NCBI RefSeq assembly: GCF_964204645.1
Contig: NC_134034.1
Span: 7,228,914-7,292,913 of the forward strand
Length of the DNA stretch: 64,000 nucleotides
Reading direction: 5' to 3'
From: Tubulanus polymorphus
Taxonomy: Eukaryota > Animalia > Nemertea
Below are positions 25,501-36,189 of the stretch, in pieces. Position 1 is the first letter of the stretch. Each line of letters opens with the position of its first letter. The notes under the pieces were generated by a model. The model did no database searches and had not been told where the DNA came from. It saw nothing but the letters and a program-made list of their open reading frames with translations. The translations under genes and the position numbers were made by a program.

Positions 25501-26741
25501 CGTCTGTATGCCTCCAGATGTCTACGTAAAGAAGTACGACTAACATGGAATAATTCTGCTGCTTTCTTTTTTGAGAGACCATCTTCGCAGGCTTGAATGG
25601 CCGCCTGCATATCACCAGCATCATAGCAATTGTATGGGCGCCCACCAACTTTTTTAACATAATCTCGTGGCATCCCTGAAAATAAAGACGAAAAATACTT
25701 AGATAATAAGGTATTTTGAATGTAGGTAATAATCCCACCGGTAAATATCCCCCCGGTAAAAATCCGACATGGGAAAAATCCCCCCCCCCCCCCCCCCAGA
25801 TCAGTTTTCTATCAAACTTAAGTATAAAACCTAAATTAAAACAGATAATAGTTTTTACAATACTACTTAGGGTACGTAGATATTTCACCATTACAAACTA
25901 GATTTCTTTATAGAAATTATCAAAACTACGATAATGTGATTTTTATGCATGTTGGTAGCTAAAAGTCACAGAATAATGTCATTTCTATGCACGTAGCTTG
26001 GTAAAAGTCACAGATTATCCAAGGTGAATATTGTGAAAAACGCCATGGAAAATGTGAAATTTTTGAAAACTATTCAAGTTTTTCAACATAAGAATATAGA
26101 AGTATTTTTATTGAATTTTGCTGTGAAATCAAATTTGGGGGGGGGGGTTACCTGTTTACCTGTTACCAGGTATTGTACTACAAAAACAAATTTGTGATAG
26201 TATACAGTAGGCTAGATCCCAGTAGACCTACCGATGATTGCACCTTATCAGCTTATAAGGTTTAGCACATCAGTTATTATCCAAGAGTTTATACATAGAC
26301 CACTTGTTATATAGGTACAAGCGTGGGGTGACATGGCCACCGTGACCAAGTCACCCCAAAACAAGTAATTTCTTGATTACATTAAAGTATAAAATACCTT
26401 GCAGAAGATTCAATTTCTAAATTATACGTCACTAACTAACTAATTATAATGACACATAACAATTCAGTTCCAGTGCTCATGATTACAAGTTTTTCCTACC
26501 TTAATTCCTTGACTTCACAGCGTGAGTTTGCAGTCCGCCATTTTGAATATCTTCAAGTCACATGACTGGTCATGTGACTTCTTGACAATTATCAATTTAT
26601 AATACAGTACGATCATGACAATAAAACTATATCACAAAGAAAATAATAAGCACAGTTTGATTTTTTGGGTCGTGCCTTCTTAATTTTTTATTGATTATGG
26701 TGGCCAAATCACCCCAATGGCCAAGTCACCCCACGTTACCT
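22531..26741 (-). mobile_element. pogo/Fot1-like (DDE_1) DNA transposon, apparently complete
   Basis: TIR AGGTAACGTGGGGTGACTTGGCCA at both ends; TA at 22529-22530 and 26742-26743; internal GGGGTGACTTGG-like repeats near both ends. Confidence 0.9.
23568..25673 (-). CDS. pogo-family transposase (pipsqueak HTH, CENP-B HTH, DDE_1), 701 aa, intact
   Basis: FNMDETGF / LLYDGHNSH / LQPLDVGVY catalytic motifs; uninterrupted ORF; basic NLS-like and acidic tail. Confidence 0.92.
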   Translation of the reverse strand: MPRDYVKKVGGRPYNCYDAGDMQAAIQACEDGLSKKKAAELFHVSRTSLRRHLEAYRRGEEIKKPGGQTVLTAEEEELVVHSLQILSDWGFGLDRNDIRLIVRDFIRGLGRKNQFKGDLPGLDWMRLFEERHKSKISRRIAQNFPLNRAEACSQKIVDDFFMKLEKLLDENQLLHSPGHIFNMDETGFQTDIGSKKVLCRRGDKNPHVTVGSSTKTMYTVVECCSADGNFLAPYVVYKAKNLYESWCTGGPERARYNVSDSGWMETPQFSEWFKKVFLEETKTIPGKKLLLYDGHNSHINLDVLNLAMQNDVIIFCIPAHTSSILQPLDVGVYKALKQSWRKVLNEHYVSTRFKSVDKATFPSLLNKVHQSSCMSRMNAINAFEKCGIYPLDKTKIGDELLKTSCALPETPTETVTNDNEITRTDASRSRENISVQPRDLLRSSTQFREGPSTITVTAEVHSKPPGSNVITPRPERSQNSDVLSPKSSLEKALLDHFKYSAPEPPKKRKRLDRKFAECLTVNDVVERLEQEEQKKEQKRAKKKKPNSKIRKKVNGNKENVSDSEDGYEEEPEIDDDSDDDIGQLENDSDMIGQMENMIAREYEIGKFVIAVYNQKWYVTTVLKSSPAISPTVFLKYKRWHGVNRFSSPPKDDILETCKEDILCSISESDIINVGSRFVGVTSEKLALIEKCFSKWCDEYGE

Positions 26742-27433
26742 TACTGGGTACCTACTCTGGAAATGGAAACATAGTGCATGCCATGTGTGAATGGTGAATT
26801 CCGGAAGTCCAGTCCAATGTATCTGAATGTTTGGCCCTGTGCTTTGTTAACTGCATGTCATGGCAAAACAGGGGCGTAACTGCAATTACTCTTCCATACC
26901 TTTCAATCCGAAAACAATAACAGATCAGGCTATTAAATCTCGGTGATTCTTAGAAGAATGGATTGGCATGCTTTTCTTTGGGAAATGGCACTGTGGTGAG
27001 CTCGAATACATACAGTCTCCAATATTAGATTCCAGGCAGAGAGAGGAGGTCACCCGGAGTCTCTGTAGTCAAAAGCCAAGCAACAGCTGATGCTCACCCC
27101 ATCGCAGTAATCTCCACTACATGTATTAGATCCCCAGAATTGTAGGCAGAGAGATGAATTGAGGTCACCCGCGTCTCTGTAGTCAAGCACACTATAGAAA
27201 AACCGACGCTCAAATGTTTGTATTGATAATCGCGCGCAGTGACGTCACGCGGAGCGTCCAAACTTAAATGGTCCAAAAGTATACCTAAACTTTATTGTAT
27301 CGGCACGAAATCGATTCTAAAACACAGATCAGACCACCCTCTTTCAATCCATACCACTCAACGCGTAATCGAAGCCACACGAACGGAGATTACGCGTTAC
27401 AAAGTTAAGACGCCTTGCCGCTTATAGTATAGA

Positions 27434-28585
27434 TTATTCCCTTCATAGACCACGTTTTATCGGTGTCTAGTTTCACTCTGACGGTTTGACCTGGTTTAAG
27501 TGCTTCAAGTTCTTGAACACCGTAATGTCTATTGTATGAATGCGTCATATTCTGTTTGTATTTAGTATCAACGCGTTTCACTTTTCCTAATTTTGGCCAA
27601 TGCGGTTTTAGTTCTGATTTACTGATAGGTAACCTAGTACGAGTGTTCCTACCGAAGAGAAGCTGTGCTGGACTATAGCCAGTAGCTGCAAGAGGTGTCG
27701 ATCTGTACGACAAGAGAGCAAGATGTGGATCTTTTTGTCTTAATATCTTCTTAGCAGTTTGTACGGCTCTCTCCGCCGCACCATTTGACTGAGGGTATCT
27801 GGGACTCGACGTGAGAAGTTCAAGGAATTCGTGAATTGTTTAAACTCGGTGCTCATAAACTGACTACCGTTATCAATAAATAAACGTTGAGGGATGCCAT
27901 GACCCGAGAACACTGAGTTAAGTTTATCAATTACAGATGCTGCGGATGGTAACTTTTGACCCATTCTCATTATTTCCACATAGCGAGAAAAGTAATCAAC
28001 GATAATCAAATAGTGGTATTTATCATATTCACATAAGTCAGCGCCTATATGTATCCAGGGACCAGATGGCAACCCGGTGGATATCAAAGGTTCTTTCCTT
28101 TGGGCTGGAGAATTCTCATTACACAGTTGGCATTTACCCACTAGTTCCGCTATTTTATGACTGATGTGAGGCCACCAAACACTGAGTTTCCCGCGATTTC
28201 GGCATTTAGTTATGCCCATGTGGCCGTCATGAATTTTGTCAAGCATTTCTTCGCGCATATTATCCGGGACCAGGAATTTGTTACCATGTAAGATTAAACC
28301 TTGATACTCGCTTAGTGAACCAGGCTCACTAAAATACGGAACAAATTCTTTCGGAATATCTCTAGGATGACGTGGCCAACCGTCAATAATAAATTTTCGT
28401 AACGCAATGAGGGTTTTGTCAATTTTCGATTGCTCGCGTAGTCTGTTAGTTATTGTTATTCTGCCTATGGCTGAGATGTGAGCGGTAACACAATTTTCCC
28501 GCTCATGATCACTCTCATCAAAGTTATTCTGTAGTGGCGCCCTCGACAATGGTTCCGACACTGCCATTTCTTTGCCTGGCACATA
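27434..28585 (-). pseudogene. Gypsy integrase
   Basis: HDGHMG..C..C zinc-binding region, IGADL, VDYFS, DNGSQF, YRSTP; frameshifted. Confidence 0.9.
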
Positions 28586-29977
28586 CGTTGCATTCTTTTT
28601 AACTCTTTGACCGTTTTATCCACCAAAGGTAAGGGAATCCGCCTGGGACATTTAACGCTGTATGGAGTCACATTTTCATCAACCTTGATATTGACTGGGT
28701 CGCCCTTTAATAATCCCAGTTCTCCAAAAAACATCATCATCAATTCGGAGCTTTTTCTTAATAGAAAACATACGTTTTATCAGACCCATGGACTCTGCAG
28801 CCCCACGACCTAACAAATTGTCACACTCTTCTTTAACAACATGTATTTTAATTTTGTGTGATCTAGTTTCATCATTTACCACGTTAATACTTGTATAGAA
28901 ATAACCTATGTTATGCAGCTTACCACCAGGACTAGTTAACCTTATTTTAGGTTTACAAAGTTTCGGACTCTTTTCAATTTTATCATACTGAGTCTTACTA
29001 ATCACCGTGCAATCAGCACCTGTGTCTATCTTGAAGTTAACCATAGTACTTACAATGTTAGTCCGTAATCTCCATTCCGGTGATTTCTCCGTGTCGCCAT
29101 TAGAGATATTATCGGCACGTATCGTGTCCATGAAAAAGTTAGAACTTTCACTGGAGTCACTCTCGTAACAGTCATCTTCATCATATTCCCGAATAAAACT
29201 TATGTTTTTCGTATTGCAACACCTCGCGAAGTGATTTAGTTTTTGACACTTACTACAGTTCTGACCGTACGCTGGACATTGTCCTTTCCTGTGAGATCTA
29301 TCGCAATATCGGCACTTTCCCGCAATATCTCGAAAGTCTCTTCTTTGATTCGGGTTCCCTGCATTACCCTTAATCCGTTGATCGTAATTCCTCGCACTAT
29401 TATTCGTAATCGCTCTATCTCTGCATCCTCTCTGTCCCTGTGTTCGGAACCGTTGTCTACCCCGGATACTATCCACCGTCGACGCTGTCGACGCTTCCTC
29501 TTTTCTGTTCTGTTCTTTTACTAGTTCTGTTTGACGGTATATTTCGATTGCTTTTTCCAATGTCAAGTCGTCGATCATTTGTAACTTGGCAGATATTTGC
29601 TTATCCTGCAAGCCTATCACTAGCTTGTCCCGAATCGTGTCGCTCTTGGCGGGAAAATCATAGTTTTCAGCAAGAGTATACAACGCGCGAACATATTCTT
29701 CAATACTTTCCCCTGACTTCTGCGATCTCTCGTGAAATTTCGATCGCTCGAAAATCACGTTTCGTTTCGGAATGAAATAATTTTCAAATAATTTCACGGT
29801 TTCCTCGTACGTTATGACTACTTTCCCAGCTGTATACGTTTTCTTTTTGAACACGAATTGATAAAACATATTGTCCGCTTCTTCCCCTAAGCAATATAGA
29901 AGGGTATTGATCTGGACCTCATCTGAGTCCTGGGATAGCTTGCTAGCTATCCTGAAAGGGCTAAATCGTTGTTTCAA
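28586..29977 (-). pseudogene. Gypsy gag (Cys/His knuckles) + aspartic protease
   Basis: IRDKLVIGL, CRYCDRSH..CPA..CSKCQKLNHFARCC, FKIDTGAD, LLGR. Confidence 0.9.
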
Positions 29978-29989
29978 CCGATGCCACCA

Positions 29990-30131
29990 TGTAATGATGG
30001 GAGAGCCTAAGCATCGAAGTTAACAAGACGGCATTTGGCATTAGACTCCTTTATTTAACATATACACATTTTTACAGGATTGTACACGTATAATACAAAA
30101 CAGATGTTGGACATAGCAACAGTTCATCACA
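29990..30131 (-). repeat. Gypsy 5' LTR
   Basis: Identical by eye to 21626-21767; adjacent to the PBS. Confidence 0.95.
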
Positions 30132-30635
30132 CGGACGTTGGCTTTCGGAGCCGAATCGATGAGCAATATCTATCTCAATTTCATTTGGACTTAGCTTGTC
30201 TTTTGGGATTTTCATATTTTTGAGTAGAAATTTTCTAACGACTTCTGCACAATTTTTATTTTGATTTTCGGTCACATTACATATCAGCATATTTTTGCGC
30301 ATTAAACGGAATTTAAGATCTGAGTTTTCCTTTCTGAGCTCCACTAGCTCGCGCTCGTTTTTGTTAACTTTGTCGTCCAGAAACATAATCATTTCATATA
30401 GGTCGTCAATGCTTTGGTTAGAACGTGTGCGGCCTGAATATTTCAGTCCGTTCATTGCCTCTGTGTTTAAGTCTACAGATGATTTCAAGTCATTTAACCC
30501 TTTCAGGATGGCGTCTTATTTCGATTCAGTGTCGGACATTGTAGGCTGTGTCTTTTTATGATCTGGACTGACAGAACTGTTTGGGGATATTATTTCGTCA
30601 ATTCCCCATTTATTCCGTGTAGAAGGTGTATTCAT
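30132..30635 (-). pseudogene. LINE ORF1, N-terminal part (coiled coil + RRM-like)
   Basis: ELVELRKENSDLK..RKNMLICNVTE..IDIAHRFG..QR joins LIVVLFTT across the Gypsy. Confidence 0.75.
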
Positions 30636-33117
30636 GCGGAACGGCTCTTACCATATACTTCGGGTGTAGCTGTACTTTAGGGGGTTTGCAATAAAGTTAA
30701 TTCACCGTTGACTTTGATTTATCTAAGTCTAATAATCTTTGGCATAATGATATGGATGAGTCAGTTTTAAGCGGAATGGAGCCTCAAACGATGGAGACTC
30801 AAAAACTCACGTTATCCACAGTGGTAGAGCAGGGCGAGAGACTTGATAAATTTTCAGAAACGACGAGTACTCACACCTCGACTGTTTGCTCGTCCGCCAT
30901 ATTTACACCATTGAAATTTCATCTTATCCAAATTTCAATTTACATTTTGTACCATCGACGAGAGAACTAGATGAGCAAGGCTCAGATTTTACCTCAGAGG
31001 ACACTGCTCAGAACCTCTAAAAATTGTACAGGATATTTTTAGGGTTTTCTGTTATATCACAGAAAACCCTATTGATATCTGGTGTTTATTATTATTATTT
31101 GACAATTGACAAAACTGCAAAGGCTTTCTTCCCTTAGCGCGGTTTCCGACACAATCCATTTTATTTCATTTAGCTCACTTTGATCTACTGATACTGCATG
31201 GGAATTTTGATAAATCAACGTTACAAAAGCTCTGTCGGGCCGTAAACATCGAAAATTGAGCCCCATTCAATGAGGTGACATGTTTTTTAGAGTCGTCATC
31301 CCGAAATCATCCGCAGGCTGGCCCTCACTTCGATTATCAATTCAAGTGTAAATAAACATTTATTGCCGCAAGCCTTCACATTCAGTCGCGGTCTTCAAAC
31401 AGTAATTTCAACAATTAGCCGTTTTCTTCATCAGTACACGAAGCTATTTACCAGTATATGGACTATTAAGGGAAAAGTCTTAGGACTGAAAAATGGGGAA
31501 AAACAACGTTTACAGTTGTATCAGTCCTTTAGTTAGATATATCGCTGTGCACTGGATTTAATTTATTGACTGTATAGTGTGTGATATCAGTTCGAACTAT
31601 TTCATAACTTAATACGTATTCAATCTGGATTTTACATCTTCGAATCGACCAATGATAATATATATATTAATATCTTTGAATATCGGATGAATAGACTTGT
31701 ATGGTTTCGTTTTTATTCATGACTCGTATCAATTACTATTCGTATAACATAAAATTTTCGTATTGGATTGCTTGATTGGATTTATTCGCTTACACGAACA
31801 AATGACACACAGTATTTAAGTTTGTCAGTATCATATCATATGCCCTGAACTTTCTGGATAAAGGGACATTTATTCCTGATTAGATTCTATCCTAGCCAAA
31901 TTTCCTAATAAAAGCTGCATTCATTACGTTATTAGGGTTTCTGCTGCCTCGGCAGAAACCCTATTGGATTCCTGCTGATTATTATTTTAACATATTTTCC
32001 ACTGAGTTTCGTCACATAAAAACCATCTTCCATTAGATTTGACTACTAACAACTTTGAAACGAAATGTTAAACTATGGTAATAATATAACAGTCTCTTTC
32101 TGTGCGTAGTTTCTATATATGTACTGTGCTTCCTATTTTAAACTTGAAGTTACTTAAAGATAGCACCTGTGGAAATAGCAATCATGGCGCGCATACTGGC
32201 GCGAATCTGAAAGTTTGGGACGTCATTTCATAAATAAATAAAGAGGGAAGGCTCCGAGAATATCCAAATCACAGGTTACTGTGAATAACTGGGGTTCGAC
32301 CATTCACAAGTTGAAAATATACTGCCTTGTTTGTGAAGAAAGTTTATTCATACTGTTATTAAAAGCAGTTCCTTTTAAACAACCTATAATAGTATAGTTT
32401 TGTTCGTGGATATCAATACTTCGAAAAATCAACGCGGTTTATTTATTTACTGTACCGGTATGCGTTTTCTTAATTGAATTGAATTGGTCCGGTCCAAAAG
32501 GCGGGCCATACTAGTTAGCGTCAGAAAATGTCAACTTCGGTGATACCTTGTTATCGTCGATATTAAACGGTCTAAAGTCAGTTAATACATCACATACATT
32601 ACAAATTGGAGGTCCCTTGTACATGTACATCACATCGTGACGCAGCGCGGTGGTAATGTCATAGAAGAACAAAGTCAGTTGAAAATACCTACCCACTGCA
32701 CCGATAAAAAATGATTGCTAGCCAGAGACCAGTGACAGTTAGTAATGGGGAGTGATGGTACAGTTCGTGATTATGTTTTTATAATGGTTATTGGACGTCA
32801 ATTTCATATGTGAATTGTTGTCCCCATCTGATCGCTTGACTAGTCAGACTGACTTGTCACTCCTCTACTAATATTAACACTATAAGGCCTTCCCTCCTGC
32901 ATAGTTTATCCTAAAGGCTAAATTCGTGCTTTGGGCCAAATTCGGTTTTCTTATCTAGTCGACTTTTTTTCGGAACTAATAATAACCGAATATGCGCTTA
33001 AACTGTCACTAGGGAATGGTAAAAACACCGTAGCTTCGTTCTTCTCGATGTTATTTCCCCCAAAACCTGGCATATTAATACTTTGCGTGTAGTAGCACAT
33101 GCGCGAAGTAGCACATG

Positions 33118-36100
33118 TGGGTCAACATGAAAGGCTGAATCGAAGAACATGTCTATCGCACTTTTGAGCCCAAACGTCTACTTTTACTTAGTAGCCACTT
33201 GAGAACAATAAGCAATTAACGATATCAGCTACTTTTCCAGTATTATACATTTCAAAACAGTCACTCTGGAATAGTATTCCTTTCAATTCGGTTGGTTTTC
33301 TACAGTGGCTGTCTACTATTGAAAAGTGACCATTTTGAAACATCTGGAGCAGTAGAGGTGACTGTAAAACCATCCGCCTGTTAACAGTGACTTTGTGATA
33401 GTAACTCCTACCATAGCAGCTACTCTCAAAACGCACCGTTTCTAAAAATCAACTATTGAAAAGTGACCATTTTGAGATGGCATGGTTATTTCCTGTTAAA
33501 AATAGCAGCATCTGTTAAAGATTTGCAGTGATACGTGACAGGTTCAAAGGTACTGTTAAACCCTATATGCTTTGTGTACAGAACTCTGTATGCTTTGAAT
33601 ACAGTTCTGTGAATAGAAAATCAAAGTTTTTGAGATGCTAAGAATCCCCTAAATTATATTACGCTCAACAAAATGGAAAACTATTCATTCATATAACATC
33701 ATGATGGATTAAATCCATTAATACTAAAATATAGTGCCAGTCCTAGAATTCTTTACATTTGCGATTATAAAACATTCTGGTGCGTTCATAAATCTTTGAT
33801 TTTGTAGAAAAGAAAGACAAGACAAAAAAATAAATTTGTCTTTTAGGCTTAATTTGTTTTTAAGGGTATATGAGAGAGGAATAAACAAATAAAATCATAT
33901 GTTCAAAAAATGAATTACGAAAAAAATGTGTCTAAAATACTTAGAATTAACCTTGAATTAATTGTTTATTTCGATACAAACGATTTTTAAATAATCCATG
34001 TGATGTTCACTTTGTGACGCTGTTCTCAGCTTGTTCGTTAATGAATATTGAATCATTTTATCGCTTGCTAGAAATGATACCATAATCAAAATTATTTCGT
34101 AGTTATACAGTTTGGTTGAAATGAAATTACCAACTTATTATAAAAGCTCCAACGATTAGCGTATAAAAGTGCAGTGTTGAGATGTTCACGTAATTTTGAA
34201 GTCAGCAATTTCATTTGATAGAGAAAACTTCTTTTGGCTTAAGATGTGAAAGAAATGCAATATGCTCAAATTCTAGTTTCACATACTTTCCCACTTTGTT
34301 GAGTAAATTGTTTATATAGGTTATCAAAAACCCAGCAGCAGCTATCGGTCAGCAGGTTAATTACACTGGCTAACTAGACAGTGATTGATGAACGAATGAA
34401 CAAACTGCATTGGCCACCAAAAGACCACAAACCAAAAGTAATTACCTCTTAATATTGATAGCACCGCAATATCTCTATGAAACTTTATTTCAAGGTGCCA
34501 ATACAATAACATGCCAAAATGTACGGTGTTTGAACTTCGCTGAATCGATGAACCAATGATCGCTGAATTATAAGAATATCAGTTAACTCATTAACTGAAT
34601 TATCAGTTTTCTCCAACTAAACTCTTTTTTCAAATTATCGTAAACCAACGTTACCAATACTTGAATTTGGAAGTGAATGTGGGCTAGAACTAACAAAGGT
34701 ACCGGTTTAAGGTGCAGATATACAGGGAATCCCTCTCATAGCGACCAACACGGTTTTATATCCCTTCTTTGCCGATTAGTAAATAATTTTCGATCTAAAC
34801 GGCTACAGGACCCGTAGAAGTCGAATAAAATACTCTAAAGCGTGTTAACTGTAGACAAATGAAGAAATTCCACAATAGAATTTTGTATCATGAAATTTAT
34901 TATAGTTAAACCACAACGTTTCAGCTGTCCACTGACAGCCATCTGACTAAAAGCCCTTATCACTAGGAATGGCTCCATTCCACCTGATGATGGCTGTTAG
35001 TCTACAGTCAAAACGTTGCGGTTTCACCTTAACAAATTTTATCACATTTAAAATTCTATTACGGGATTTCTTCATTCATGACCCCAGGGACGATCACCAA
35101 AGGCCGTTACCGTAATCCAAATGAAATTTTGAATACCATACAAAGTTTCTTCTATTAAATTCGATCAAATATGGGCACAATTTAGATGATTTCTTTAGAA
35201 TGTTAAAAATCCACATGAATATAGCATATTTTGTTTGAAAAAAATCAATGATTTCGCAAAATTAGAATTCAGGGAAATTCGAACACTCCGAAATGCACAT
35301 CTTAATTTAAGATGCAAAGACATCCAGGCCCCCGTTGAAGTTAAACCACCATTTCAATAATGAGAGGTTAGCCTGAATTTTTGCGCTTTTAATCTAAGAA
35401 TTTAAATCAAAAATAAATGCAGACCTATGCTTGAAAATAGCTGCATTTGTTCAAATTGAATTCTTTATTCAATTACATCGCTATGAAAAGAAGGAAATTT
35501 TGATTTATCTTAAAACTACATAACTATTGACAATTTGTAAACAAATTTAACTCCAATTGAGAGTTGGGAATCGCTCATTACATTTCACATCCTCAAAGAT
35601 AGTATCTACAATATCTTCAGATCTCAACTGAGTCACTCTTTAATAGAACTATACCCCAAACTATAGCGTGAGTAGAGTTTCTCAGTATGTTTATATTGTC
35701 ACGTATCACTGCAAATCTGAAGCATATGTTGCTACAGTGTATTTATAACAGGAAATCTGGCAAGCGATCTCAAAATGGTCACTTTTCAATAGTTGACTTT
35801 TAGAAACGATGTGTTTTGAGAGTAGCTGCTATGGTAGGAGTTACTATCACAAAGTCACTTTTAACAGGCGGATGGTTTTACAGTCACCTCTACTGCTAGT
35901 GTGCACTATCGAAACCAGATGTTTCAAAATGGTCACTTTTCAATAGTAGACTCTTCGAAACAGCCACTATAGAAAACCAACCGAATTGAAAGGAATACTA
36001 TTCCAGAGTGACTGTTTTGAAATGTATACTACTGGAAAAGTAGCTGATATCGTTAATTGCTTATTGTTCTCAAGTGGCTACTAAGTAAAAGTAGACGTTT

Positions 36101-36168
36101 GGGCTCAAAAGTGAGATAGACATGTTCTTGGATTAAGCCTTTCACATATGCTTGTTGTGAGTTGACCC
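33118..36168. mobile_element. Large non-autonomous TIR (foldback-like) element
   Basis: About 420-bp inverted repeats, 33118-33540 vs 35697-36168; no coding capacity; TSD not resolved. Confidence 0.7.
34864..35117 (+). mobile_element. Mini Penelope-derived insert with inverted pLTR ends and a hammerhead motif
   Basis: Diverged inverted repeat about 34859-34944 / 34989-35076; CTGATGA-TGGCTGT..ACAGTC-AAAAC-GTTG at 34984-35018; candidate TSD CAAATGAA at 34856-34863 and 35118-35125. Confidence 0.6.
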
Positions 36169-36189
36169 CTAGGTGGCACTCTTTCAAAA

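Larger units (their letters stand above)
22312..27433 (-). mobile_element. Non-autonomous Helitron inserted in the Gypsy integrase C-terminus
   Basis: Minus strand 5'-TC...CTAG-3' between A and T, no TSD, 3' hairpin at 22321-22342. Removing it restores KGIIVNKCKQPRSYLIKSEDGVIYRRN. Confidence 0.85.
21626..30131 (-). mobile_element. Ty3/Gypsy LTR retrotransposon lacking RT/RNase H
   Basis: 142-bp TG..CA LTRs; TSD CAGAC / CGGAC; PPT at 21768-21777; PBS TGGTGGCATCGGT at 29977-29989 (tRNA-Leu-like). Confidence 0.95.
17160..30902 (-). mobile_element. Near full-length CR1/L2-type LINE interrupted by a Gypsy (21626-30131)
   Basis: 5' end ATGGCGGAC near 30900; ORF1 spans the Gypsy; ORF2 is APE-RT. 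The 3' end is approximate. Confidence 0.85.

Noticed and set aside
25725-25800. Regulatory G-quadruplex or repeat upstream of the transposase
   Set aside because: It looks like a decayed MULE-type subterminal repeat plus a homopolymer; there is no evidence of function.
32511-32696. Possible additional host exon
   Set aside because: No recognisable motif and no partner exons found.
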